Origin: a virus | DNA length: 64,000 nt | Direction: 5' to 3' (one strand) | Virus record (IMG/VR): IMGVR_UViG_3300032245_001127 | In this document: positions 33,102-41,072 of the stretch, in pieces | Numbering within the stretch: the first letter of the stretch is position 1 | Layout: each line of letters begins with the position of its first letter | Notes under the pieces: generated by a model | Database searches by the model: none | What the model saw: only the letters and a program-made list of their open reading frames with translations | What the model was told of the DNA's origin: nothing | Position numbers and translations under genes: made by a program

Positions 33102-33708
33102 AGATTATACTTCTGCGAAAGAGACTTATGGGAATGGTTGGCTAACAATATTTGATATTGATGATACTCTATTTCATACTACTGCTTCAGTACTCGTAAA
33201 GAATCGTGACGGAGAAATTGTTCGATCACTCACATCAGCTGAATTCAATACCTATTCGCTCGCAACAGGTGAAACTTTCGATTTTTCTGAATTTAAAGAC
33301 GCTGAAAAATTTTATAAAGAATCAAAACCCATCGGTCGTATGTTGCAACGTGCAAAGTTAATTCTCGCAGCATCTGAAAAATATCCATTATCAAGAGTCA
33401 TCATTATCACTGCAAGAACTGATTTCGATAGTAAGAGTATATTTCTTAAAACGTTTAAAAAATATGGATTTAATATCGATAAGGTGAGAGTTGAGAGAGC
33501 AGGAAATATAACGAGTGGAACGAGTGCTTCGAAAAAAGCGATGATTACTCGAAAGTATTTGGAATCGAAGAATTTCAGTAAAGTAAGAATTTTTGATGAT
33601 GATATATCGAATCTAATGGCGATATTGAAACTGAGAAGAGAATTTCCACTCATTTCTTTCAATGCATATCTAGCAAAGAAAGATGGATCTGTTAAAACAA
33701 TCTCTTAG
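33085..33708 (+). CDS. HAD-superfamily phosphatase
   Basis: FDIDDT motif I, ITAR motif II, K, FDDD motif IV. Confidence 0.8.
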   Translation: MVSTFKDYTSAKETYGNGWLTIFDIDDTLFHTTASVLVKNRDGEIVRSLTSAEFNTYSLATGETFDFSEFKDAEKFYKESKPIGRMLQRAKLILAASEKYPLSRVIIITARTDFDSKSIFLKTFKKYGFNIDKVRVERAGNITSGTSASKKAMITRKYLESKNFSKVRIFDDDISNLMAILKLRREFPLISFNAYLAKKDGSVKTIS

Positions 33709-33740
33709 AATTATAATCTCGTATCAAACCCAACAGGGTT

Positions 33741-33769
33741 ATTTTAATGCTTTAAATCTTGGAAGTAAA
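33741..33769 (-). promoter_or_regulatory. Sigma70-like promoter with TCCAAG box, pointing antisense into the late operon
   Basis: TTTACT-tccaagatttaaagcat-TAAAAT, 17-bp spacer. Confidence 0.5.
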
Positions 33770-33807
33770 TAGATAACTTTCCAAGATTCGAAACTTTATT
33801 CCAAGAC

Positions 33808-34089
33808 TTATTCTTTTCTTCGATGCTTAATCCACTCATTAAATAACGTATCTATTACTTCTTGATGAGAAGCTGGTTCAAAGTTATTTAATATTTTACT
33901 CGTATATACTACTTTTTCAAATTGTTCTCTTAATACGTTTTTTACAATCTTCTTCTCTTTATTTAAAGAGAAAGACGTATATACTAAACCGATAATCAAT
34001 GCCCAGCTAAAAATAAGAACTAAAATGAGAACGGATTTAAAACCTCCGTTCCCATAATCGTTTCCAGATGGCATAGAATTTCTACTCAC
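33808..34089 (-). CDS. Hypothetical membrane protein
   Basis: One hydrophobic segment; overlaps gp32 stop. Confidence 0.65.
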   Translation of the reverse strand: MSRNSMPSGNDYGNGGFKSVLILVLIFSWALIIGLVYTSFSLNKEKKIVKNVLREQFEKVVYTSKILNNFEPASHQEVIDTLFNEWIKHRRKE

Positions 34090-34975
34090 TGTTTGCTATT
34101 CCTTGAAAATAAGAAAGAACATCTTCTTCTTCTTTTTTCTTAGTTGTTGTTGCAACTGGTTTTTTTGGAGCATTATATTCTTCGTCTATTTCAGAAATAG
34201 ATGCTGCATTCTTAACCGATCCATTTGTATCATTTAATACTTCATTTAATTTACGAGATAATTCTTCGTAAGATTTAAACTGATCTTTTGCTACGAATGG
34301 TGATAATTTATATTGTTTACTTACTAGATCTAATAATTTTTTCTCATCACTTGCATATAATGCTGCTGGTTCTAAGAAAGCTGATTGATCGTAGTTCGAA
34401 TAGCCATCAACCTTACGCATTCTAATTCTAAAGTCTGCACCATTCCATAAATCAAACACGTTTACAGGTTTTTCGTCTTCGAAAGTAGGTCTTGCTTTAT
34501 CCATAATCTTATCGAAGATTTTTTTACCAAACTTAAACAATTTTACTTGTCCTTCGTTTTCTGGATGTTTAGGATCGCTTACAACTAAAATGTTTGTAAT
34601 ATAACCTAATCTTCTTTTTTGTTTACGAGCAATTTCTTTATTGCTTTCGATACCTGAGTTCCATAATTTACTATTTAATTCAGATACTGGATCTTTCTCA
34701 CCAATAGTAGTAAGTGAATTTTCAATATACCATTTTCCTGTTGGTCCTTGAAAACCATGATTAAATATTCTTACCCATGGTAATTCGTCGCCCTCTACTC
34801 TTGGTAGAAAACGAATTACAGCTGTTGCGTTACCAGCTTTATCTGGTTCTAATTTCCAAAAACGATTGTCAGTTTTTGAATCTGAATTTGCTGTGGGATT
34901 TGATATTTTTTCGTACTCGTTTGATATTTTAGAAAAATCAGAGGTACTCATTGATTTTAATTTTTGTATATCCAT
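34082..34975 (-). CDS. gp32: ssDNA-binding protein gp32
   Basis: DNRFWK..DKAGN..VIRFLP, HGFQGPTGKWYIENSLTT, FGKKIFDKI, acidic C-tail. Confidence 0.97.
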   Translation of the reverse strand: MDIQKLKSMSTSDFSKISNEYEKISNPTANSDSKTDNRFWKLEPDKAGNATAVIRFLPRVEGDELPWVRIFNHGFQGPTGKWYIENSLTTIGEKDPVSELNSKLWNSGIESNKEIARKQKRRLGYITNILVVSDPKHPENEGQVKLFKFGKKIFDKIMDKARPTFEDEKPVNVFDLWNGADFRIRMRKVDGYSNYDQSAFLEPAALYASDEKKLLDLVSKQYKLSPFVAKDQFKSYEELSRKLNEVLNDTNGSVKNAASISEIDEEYNAPKKPVATTTKKKEEEDVLSYFQGIANSE

Positions 34976-35009
34976 ATGTATTTCCTTGTATTTGTATGTT
35001 ACGTTGTAT

Positions 35010-35038
35010 ATTGTATATTAATTTATCTTGTAAGTAAA
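35010..35038 (-). promoter_or_regulatory. gp32 promoter with TACAAG box
   Basis: TTTACT-tacaagataaattaata-TACAAT. Confidence 0.65.
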
Positions 35039-35061
35039 GTGGGCAATTGCTCGCCCACTTT
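35036..35061 (-). terminator. Intrinsic terminator-like hairpin
   Basis: AAAGTGGGC / GCCCACTTT inverted repeat just after the 35073 stop. Confidence 0.7.
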
Positions 35062-35072
35062 GGAAAGTGAAA

Positions 35073-35285
35073 CTACTTTTTAGCAGGTTCTACTTTTTTA
35101 TCATCTTTTTTTGGACAAACAACTGGTTTATTAGTTTTTTTGTCGATGATTGCTTTACCATCTTTATCTTTTTCTACGCATACTGCAGCTGGAGCTTTTG
35201 GCTCTTCCTTTTTAGGTGCTGGTGTTTGTGCAGAAACAGATGCAGTAAATAATACTGCAGATAATAATACTAAAAGATTTTTCAT
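35073..35285 (-). CDS. Small secreted Lys-rich protein
   Basis: Signal peptide MKNLLVLLSAVLFTASVSA; two Cys; own promoter and terminator. Confidence 0.75.
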   Translation of the reverse strand: MKNLLVLLSAVLFTASVSAQTPAPKKEEPKAPAAVCVEKDKDGKAIIDKKTNKPVVCPKKDDKKVEPAKK

Positions 35286-35310
35286 TATATATCCTTTTGT
35301 TTATAATATA

Positions 35311-35339
35311 ATTATACCATAATATAACTTGCAAAGCAA
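35311..35339 (-). promoter_or_regulatory. Sigma70-like promoter with TGCAAG box
   Basis: TTGCTT-tgcaagttatattatgg-TATAAT. Confidence 0.7.
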
Positions 35340-35368
35340 GTGTAGTTTCCTTTGGTCACGTTGTTAAA

Positions 35369-35983
35369 CTACAAAAGATCAACGTTTTTTTTCATATCTA
35401 TAACAAATTTGTTATAAACGTCTTCGACTTTTTTACGATCGAATTTCACAAATCGTTCTGCCTTAATGATGCGACGACACTCATCGGCAAATATGATATT
35501 GGTTTGAGTTTTCCAATTATCAAAAAACGAATTAAAAGCATTTAGGATTACAATCGTCTGTACTTTTATATGATTTCCTATATGCAGTTTCATTAATTCT
35601 GGTATTTGCATCGTACTTCCAGAAAATGAATATAAATTATCACTCTTAGTTGTAAGAGAATTAAGAATCGTATTACAATCTTCTTTAAAAACGTGAGTAA
35701 TAGATTCTTTTGTTTTTATCCAATCTTTATGCAAATCGTCAGCAACACTGCTATGATAAACAACAGCATCATGTCCGACAGCAAAATTGGAAACAAAATA
35801 CTCCACTGCGTCACTCGGTTTTTTAAATTTTCTACCAAGTTTTTCAAATAAAGACTTATCATTGCGAACATTATATTTCTCCTTATATCCTTTTATAGCA
35901 CCATTTTTTTTAAATACATCATAGTCAGTTGTAAAATGTAACTTACTTGCAATGTATATCTTATAAACAGAATAGCCATCCAT
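35369..35983 (-). CDS. gp59: Helicase loader gp59
   Basis: YKIYIASKLHFTTDYD..RNDK..FEKL..YFVSNF; next to gp32/gp33. Confidence 0.88.
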   Translation of the reverse strand: MDGYSVYKIYIASKLHFTTDYDVFKKNGAIKGYKEKYNVRNDKSLFEKLGRKFKKPSDAVEYFVSNFAVGHDAVVYHSSVADDLHKDWIKTKESITHVFKEDCNTILNSLTTKSDNLYSFSGSTMQIPELMKLHIGNHIKVQTIVILNAFNSFFDNWKTQTNIIFADECRRIIKAERFVKFDRKKVEDVYNKFVIDMKKNVDLL

Positions 35984-36216
35984 TATATATTTAGTTTGGC
36001 TGTTCGAGGGAGTAAATTCTTATCCATAGCATTTGCTTCAATCTTTTGCTTAAGAGAACCCTGTATTAAATTTTTAAGAGAATCTACTTCAATATCATTT
36101 TCAGCAGCATATTCTAATACAGCATCTAAATGATTATAGAATTCATAGTTGTTTTTATCTTGAACTTTTAACTCAATAAATTGAGAGAAAGATTTATGAT
36201 CTGAGAACTTTAACAT
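35983..36216 (-). CDS. gp33: Late transcription coactivator gp33
   Basis: FSQFIE..LDAVLEY..NDIE..LKQKIEANA...NLLP. Confidence 0.88.
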   Translation of the reverse strand: MLKFSDHKSFSQFIELKVQDKNNYEFYNHLDAVLEYAAENDIEVDSLKNLIQGSLKQKIEANAMDKNLLPRTAKLNI

Positions 36217-36547
36217 TATCTATTTCTAATTTTGTATCTTCCTTTACTGATGGAATATAGTTTGGGTTTTTAAAAAGTTTAATCTTATGTTGAATTGTGT
36301 TGATTGCTTCTTTATAAACTTCTAATTCGTTATATTTTTTGTGATATAATTGCCAAATAGGTGAACTTCTATTCGGATCTAGATCCATTTGTGTTGAGAA
36401 TATGTCTAGATATTTTGAGAACCATTTATTGAGTCTTCGAACTTGGATAGTCAAGTCTACATAAAGATACTCTAATTTAGTAATATCTTTATGCAGACAG
36501 TAATTTAAAATTTTAGTTTTAATCTTATCTTCAGTTAATATAGTCAT
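36194..36547 (-). CDS. Hypothetical protein
   Basis: 117-aa ORF with upstream promoter. Confidence 0.65.
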   Translation of the reverse strand: MTILTEDKIKTKILNYCLHKDITKLEYLYVDLTIQVRRLNKWFSKYLDIFSTQMDLDPNRSSPIWQLYHKKYNELEVYKEAINTIQHKIKLFKNPNYIPSVKEDTKLEIDNVKVLRS

Positions 36548-36557
36548 AGCAACGTCT

Positions 36558-36586
36558 ATTGTATAATATTTTATCGTGTAAGTAAA
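36558..36586 (-). promoter_or_regulatory. Sigma70-like promoter (TACACG box variant)
   Basis: TTTACT-tacacgataaaatatta-TACAAT. Confidence 0.6.
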
Positions 36587-36589
36587 GAA

Positions 36590-36838
36590 TTATTTTTCAA
36601 GATTGTTAAGTTTTTGTTTCTTTTCAGGCATTTCATTCCATCTCACCATTCGTTCCATTTGCATACCAAAAAGTGTTTCTTTTTTCATTTTTATATAACC
36701 ATTGGCAACTAATTGATTAATTGTCCAATCAATTATTTTTGGAACTTCTTTATCTCTATTTCCTCTACCGAACCAATAACCAAGACCAAACAATCCAGTA
36801 CCTATCATTAACAATGGAATAGCAATTTCTTCTATCAT
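36590..36838 (-). CDS. Hypothetical membrane protein
   Basis: N-terminal hydrophobic helix. Confidence 0.65.
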   Translation of the reverse strand: MIEEIAIPLLMIGTGLFGLGYWFGRGNRDKEVPKIIDWTINQLVANGYIKMKKETLFGMQMERMVRWNEMPEKKQKLNNLEK

Positions 36839-36839
36839 A

Positions 36840-37202
36840 TTATCCTCTTCTCATTTTAGATATTTCTTGTGCTTGTTCATCGCTTATAATTGGAACTGCA
36901 TTTGATTTATGCATCGTTGCAATCCCTTTAATTAATGTACCTGTGTAGACTTTACTCTCAGCTTTAGGTGTAGAACCTGTAATATTATGATTAGTATTAT
37001 ATGGAACGTTTCGAAGTGGTATATCAAATTTTGCTGGGGTTTTATCTTCAGTTTTTTTAGCTGATAATTGACTCGAGTGTAACCCTCGCGATTTAAGCCA
37101 TTCTTCATGGTTCAAATTTGCTTGTCTATTTTTTTTAGAACTTTTCATAGATGCACGAGGGTTTAAATTTAAACTCGTATAATATATTGGCATCAAAGGC
37201 AT
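36840..37202 (-). CDS. Conserved T4-like phage hypothetical protein
   Basis: YTG..IKGIATMHKSNAVP..ISKMRR motif. Confidence 0.75.
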   Translation of the reverse strand: MPLMPIYYTSLNLNPRASMKSSKKNRQANLNHEEWLKSRGLHSSQLSAKKTEDKTPAKFDIPLRNVPYNTNHNITGSTPKAESKVYTGTLIKGIATMHKSNAVPIISDEQAQEISKMRRG

Positions 37203-37223
37203 AATATAAAAATTTAGTAAGTA

Positions 37224-37496
37224 TTAATATCCTACTTTAATTGATCCAGCAGGTGGTGTTGGGTCGAAAGTGTGTGGTTGAATTTCAGCAGATGTATGCA
37301 CGTTTACTTCTGGATTTTCTGGAACTTTATATGGTTCCGCAACCACTAAATTTTCTTCTAACACATCAATAATTTCATATTGATTTACTGATGGATTTTC
37401 AGCAAAGAATGCTCTTGCATTTGCTTCACTGTCAGATATGATTGTATGCGTTCTTTTGCCTTTAAGAATGAATACATATCTTTTTTTTTCTGCCAT
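37224..37496 (-). CDS. Hypothetical protein
   Basis: AAGGAG RBS; CTAAATA at 37546-37552. Confidence 0.7.
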   Translation of the reverse strand: MAEKKRYVFILKGKRTHTIISDSEANARAFFAENPSVNQYEIIDVLEENLVVAEPYKVPENPEVNVHTSAEIQPHTFDPTPPAGSIKVGY

Positions 37497-37557
37497 AATT
37501 TTAAACTCCTTATTTAATTAATATTAATTGCAATTAATATATTTCTATTTAGGTATA

Positions 37558-37791
37558 TTAATAATTGTTATTATAATATCCAGCTTCAGAAAGTATTTCA
37601 TCTTTTACGTCAGAAGCATCATCATCATAATATGCACCATGATTATAGTCGTTTTCAATACTATCAATTTCATAGGCACTTTTAGATAAAATATTTTTCA
37701 CTTGTTTAATAGAAATGCCAAGTTCATCAGCAATATCATTATTTGAAAGACCTTTATCTTTATATTCATTTACTAATTCAAACATATTCAT
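37558..37791 (-). CDS. Small HTH protein with acidic tail
   Basis: GLSNNDIADELGISIKQVKNIL helix-turn-helix. Confidence 0.7.
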   Translation of the reverse strand: MNMFELVNEYKDKGLSNNDIADELGISIKQVKNILSKSAYEIDSIENDYNHGAYYDDDASDVKDEILSEAGYYNNNY

Positions 37792-37826
37792 ATTATATTT
37801 CCTTTTATTTGTTTAATTCACCCTCT

Positions 37827-37896
37827 ATTCTACTATAAAACCCTCTAAAAGTAAATGCTTCCATAAAATAAAAAAGGTATATAAATCAATGACTTA
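37827..37896 (-). promoter_or_regulatory. Early promoter with upstream IHF-type site
   Basis: TTTACT-N17-TAGAAT (37855-37827); AATCAATGACTTA 37884-37896. Confidence 0.75.
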
Positions 37897-37898
37897 TA

Positions 37899-38096
37899 TT
37901 ATTGATTATAATGAAACTCCATTAAAAGAGTTTTTTTAGTCAATTTTGCTGTTTTATTTGATGCTTTTAAAGAATCCATATATCTCACTGCTTCAACTTG
38001 CAGCACTTCAAAATCTTTATTTTCAAAAACTTGAGATATTTGTTTACCATCACTGGTATTAAAATGCACTATAATTTTTTGAGAATAATTAGACAT
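37899..38096 (-). CDS. Hypothetical protein
   Basis: ORF with GGAG RBS. Confidence 0.6.
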   Translation of the reverse strand: MSNYSQKIIVHFNTSDGKQISQVFENKDFEVLQVEAVRYMDSLKASNKTAKLTKKTLLMEFHYNQ

Positions 38097-38265
38097 TTTC
38101 TCCGAACTTTCCTATACGTTGAATTTGTCCACCCTTTGATAAAAATTCTTGCATCATTTTTTCTCGTTCTTCTTTCGTCATTCTTGGTGGGCTTATATCG
38201 TATTCAGCACCAAATGAAGAAACTCGTTCTTTATTACTTGCTTGTTTTTTTCTTCGTTTTCCCAT
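38089..38265 (-). CDS. Small protein with SutA-like motif (not in ORF track)
   Basis: Hand translation MGKRRKKQ...EREKMMQEFLSKGGQIQRIGKFGENV, 58 aa, fills the gap. Confidence 0.6.
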   Translation of the reverse strand: MGKRRKKQASNKERVSSFGAEYDISPPRMTKEEREKMMQEFLSKGGQIQRIGKFGENV

Positions 38266-38515
38266 GATTATTTTTTTCTTTGATTATTGTTGATTTGCCC
38301 ACTTCATCTTTATATAAAGTATATGAGCCTGTTCTATCAAAATAATATCCATCAACAGTTAAATTAGATTTTACTTTTTTTGCTCTAAATTTTTTACTTT
38401 TAATTATATCTGTTTTAATTAAAGATATTCGATGTGTTGCTGCTTTATACATTCCATCTTGTATATAATCTAAAACATCATTTAAATCATCAACTACTTT
38501 ATTTAAGTCTATCAT
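38234..38515 (-). CDS. Hypothetical protein
   Basis: 93-aa ORF. Confidence 0.6.
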   Translation of the reverse strand: MIDLNKVVDDLNDVLDYIQDGMYKAATHRISLIKTDIIKSKKFRAKKVKSNLTVDGYYFDRTGSYTLYKDEVGKSTIIKEKNNHGKTKKKTSK

Positions 38516-38523
38516 AATGTATC

Positions 38524-38697
38524 CTATTGTATATTGTTTTTTCTTGCAAAGAAAGTTTCAGAATCGTCAATCTCAGATATCCATCTTTTTATTTCAGATT
38601 CTGGTAAAACGTTTTTTGCACCTTTATATTCTACTATAAAGATATCTTCATCCCAAACATTTTTGCCAAAGTTAATTAAATGTTTCTTTTTTACCAT
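38524..38697 (-). CDS. Small hypothetical protein (not in ORF track)
   Basis: MVKKKHLINFGKNVWDEDIF...RKNNIQ, 57 aa, fills the gap. Confidence 0.55.
   Translation of the reverse strand: MVKKKHLINFGKNVWDEDIFIVEYKGAKNVLPESEIKRWISEIDDSETFFARKNNIQ
38526..38554 (-). promoter_or_regulatory. Sigma70-like promoter with TGCAAG box
   Basis: TTTCTT-tgcaagaaaaaacaata-TACAAT. Confidence 0.55.
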
Positions 38698-38957
38698 TTT
38701 TTTTCGAAATATTCTTTAAGTTGAAGTTTTGAAACTTTGCCTTTAAATTTTTTGCAATCTATAAAACTACCCTCGTTGCTATCATATATATCTACAAAAG
38801 TAAGGTTGTGTTTTAAACTATAAAATATCTCAGCAATAAGAATATAGTTTGTATTCATATAATTAGTTACAAAAGAAATTTCTCCTGTTTTTGAAGCATT
38901 TGCGTATGCATCTGCATAGAAATGATCGATTCTTGGATCTACTGATACTGCTCTCAT
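38691..38957 (-). CDS. Hypothetical protein
   Basis: Overlap-coupled ORF. Confidence 0.6.
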   Translation of the reverse strand: MRAVSVDPRIDHFYADAYANASKTGEISFVTNYMNTNYILIAEIFYSLKHNLTFVDIYDSNEGSFIDCKKFKGKVSKLQLKEYFEKKW

Positions 38958-39268
38958 GCTGTTTTTAATTCAGTTGCAAGTTTATCTAATTCTACTTCGT
39001 CATTGTCATTTTCGTCACTAATTACTTTACCGACGAATTCAATTGATTGGCTGTCATAATCAGCATTTACAAAATCTAATGATAGTTGTTCAGAATTTTC
39101 ATCAACAATCGATCTTATTTCATCGTGATTAATTCCACCAAAATCGCTCACTATATCTATTGCTTCATCTCTACTATTTGCTTTTACATAATAAGATGTA
39201 GTAAGAATATGTTGTTGAGTTAATTTATATACATTTTTATTTAAGTCTTTTTTATTTAAATATATCAT
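38954..39268 (-). CDS. Acidic hypothetical protein
   Basis: VKANSRDEA motif; overlap-coupled. Confidence 0.65.
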   Translation of the reverse strand: MIYLNKKDLNKNVYKLTQQHILTTSYYVKANSRDEAIDIVSDFGGINHDEIRSIVDENSEQLSLDFVNADYDSQSIEFVGKVISDENDNDEVELDKLATELKTA

Positions 39269-39642
39269 AATATACCTTTCATATATTCTTCTGGATTCAG
39301 AAGATGTTTATGTTGATTTTCCCACTCTTCTTCTTTTTGAGCAAGAGTTTTTTCATTTTTTAAAGAATTAGCCATCTTTTCAAGTTCACTTAAATTCATT
39401 CTTTTAAAATTTAAATGACGAGGACGATAACCATTCACATCACGAAAACGATCCCAAATATACATTTGTAAATCATATTTCTTTAAATCATCAAGAGTAA
39501 AAATGCCCATATCAGCCCAATCTTTAGGATCTTCAGACATTATACCACCAATAATGCTTTTATCAGCACGAATTTTAGAATTAGAATTTTTGATATAATT
39601 CATTAATTCAGGTGAAATTTTTTTAATCATTCTATCACACAT
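39265..39642 (-). CDS. Conserved early hypothetical protein
   Basis: W.DMGIFT..YIWD.FRDVNGYRPRH motif. Confidence 0.7.
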   Translation of the reverse strand: MCDRMIKKISPELMNYIKNSNSKIRADKSIIGGIMSEDPKDWADMGIFTLDDLKKYDLQMYIWDRFRDVNGYRPRHLNFKRMNLSELEKMANSLKNEKTLAQKEEEWENQHKHLLNPEEYMKGIL

Positions 39643-39764
39643 TATATTTTACCCATCCATTCAGCTATTTTAATAATAGCAACCATTGAAGAATAAGAAA
39701 ATAATACCATGATCGCGAACGCCAATAAAGGTATTTTAATTTCATTAAAAAAGTTTTTCATCAT
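39642..39764 (-). CDS. Small membrane protein (not in ORF track)
   Basis: MMKNFFNEIKIPLLAFAIMVLFSYSSMVAIIKIAEWMGKI, first ORF after promoter. Confidence 0.5.
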   Translation of the reverse strand: MMKNFFNEIKIPLLAFAIMVLFSYSSMVAIIKIAEWMGKI

Positions 39765-39775
39765 ATATACCGACT

Positions 39776-39911
39776 ATTCTAGCATATTTGCCGAATAAAG
39801 TAAATGGTTATGGGGGGATTTATTGAAAAAAAAAGATATATAAATCAATGACTTAGAAAATGGGGTTAAAATAAAATCATTTAAAATCAATGACTTATTC
39901 AACCCCATTTT
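39776..39911 (-). promoter_or_regulatory. Early promoter with two IHF-type sites and an inverted repeat
   Basis: TTTACT-N17-TAGAAT (39804-39776); AATCAATGACTTA at 39843-39855 and 39885-39897; AAAATGGGGTT/AACCCCATTTT. Confidence 0.75.
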
Positions 39912-39916
39912 ATTCA

Positions 39917-40471
39917 TTAGATATTCTTATATTTGTAGAATATATGAGAATCTATTTGAACGATTCGAATTAATCGAGATGCCCATTCTGGATTCACATA
40001 TTCAGCATGATAGTGCGTTGCACCACCTACTAAATCATCATAGTTACCTGTTAGCACTTTGCGTGCCGCAACTATCGAATCATAATATTTTAAAGAACCA
40101 TAATCAATGCGTTCTTTTTTACCATCACACCACCATGAAAATTGGCATCGATGTTTAATTGGAACGATCGCTTGTCTTTGTTCCCAATGCCATTTATTGA
40201 TGGGTCCTTGTTTTACTACTCCGCAAATCGTCTTTGGATATCTTTCATCCTTAGTACGATTCATTGTGACTACACCAACTGCTATTTTACCACGCATGGA
40301 TTCGCCACCTGCTTCGTGATATATATTTTCAACAAGACACTCAAACTCTTCTGCTGAAATGTTTGATGGTCTGTTTTCTTCACCTGAAGCAAACTTAATA
40401 AAAAAAATTGTTAATAACAGAATTACCACTATTGGTAAGATCCTGTGTTGTAACAATGTCTTATTAAACAT
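39917..40471 (-). CDS. SleB-like cell wall hydrolase (Hydrolase_2)
   Basis: CLVENIYHEAGGE..G.IAV..VTMNR..YP.TICGVV, CQFSW.CDGK, GATHYHA; N-terminal TM. Confidence 0.92.
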   Translation of the reverse strand: MFNKTLLQHRILPIVVILLLTIFFIKFASGEENRPSNISAEEFECLVENIYHEAGGESMRGKIAVGVVTMNRTKDERYPKTICGVVKQGPINKWHWEQRQAIVPIKHRCQFSWWCDGKKERIDYGSLKYYDSIVAARKVLTGNYDDLVGGATHYHAEYVNPEWASRLIRIVQIDSHIFYKYKNI

Positions 40472-40495
40472 TCATTACTCCTTTTTTCTTGCACC

Positions 40496-40559
40496 ATTCT
40501 ACTATAAAAAAACGCAAAAAGCAAGGTAAAAATTACAATGACAAGCTAAGTCATTGATT
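40496..40559 (-). promoter_or_regulatory. Early promoter with inverted IHF-type site
   Basis: TTGCTT-N17-TAGAAT (40524-40496); TAAGTCATTGATT 40547-40559. Confidence 0.7.
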
Positions 40560-40634
40560 TTAAATGCTTTTATTTTTTAGGAAATGATGTAGTTTAAATT
40601 AATAACGCATTGTATTAATAATACAGTATTTACA

Positions 40635-40931
40635 CTACATGTATCTGTCCATTAGCTTTTTTTGTTTATGCCAGCGAACTCTTGCTGCTTCTTTAGCTAA
40701 TTTTCTCTTCTCGCTTGGTTTCGAATATGCTTGACGATCACGTATTTCTTTAATGATCCCAGCACGATCTACTTTCTTTTTGAATCGTCGGATGGCTTGT
40801 TCTAATTTTCCTTCCTCCACGAAAACAGTAATTCCTGTTTCTTTTGGTCGAACATAGTTCGAACGTTTATCTCGTGTAGGATCAAAATTTTGACGATCTC
40901 TAGACCGAAAGTTTTTATTATATGGCTTCAT
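40635..40931 (-). CDS. rpsU: Ribosomal protein bS21 with N-terminal extension
   Basis: V.VEEGKLEQAIRRFKKKV...GII.E.RDR.AYSKPSEKRK..K.AA. Confidence 0.9.
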   Translation of the reverse strand: MKPYNKNFRSRDRQNFDPTRDKRSNYVRPKETGITVFVEEGKLEQAIRRFKKKVDRAGIIKEIRDRQAYSKPSEKRKLAKEAARVRWHKQKKLMDRYM

Positions 40932-41072
40932 TTATTCCATTGTTAAGTTCACGTGAATTCTATAATAATTGAGATATAGCAATTCCACATTGTTTATTTA
41001 GTCTATTATATACTAAAATATCTTGGAAATATACTACTTCCACGTTAATAAAAAGAGCTTAAATTAATGATT

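Noticed and set aside
30505-33662. Minus-strand ORFs over gp16-HAD
   Set aside because: Shadows of recognisable plus-strand genes; no motifs
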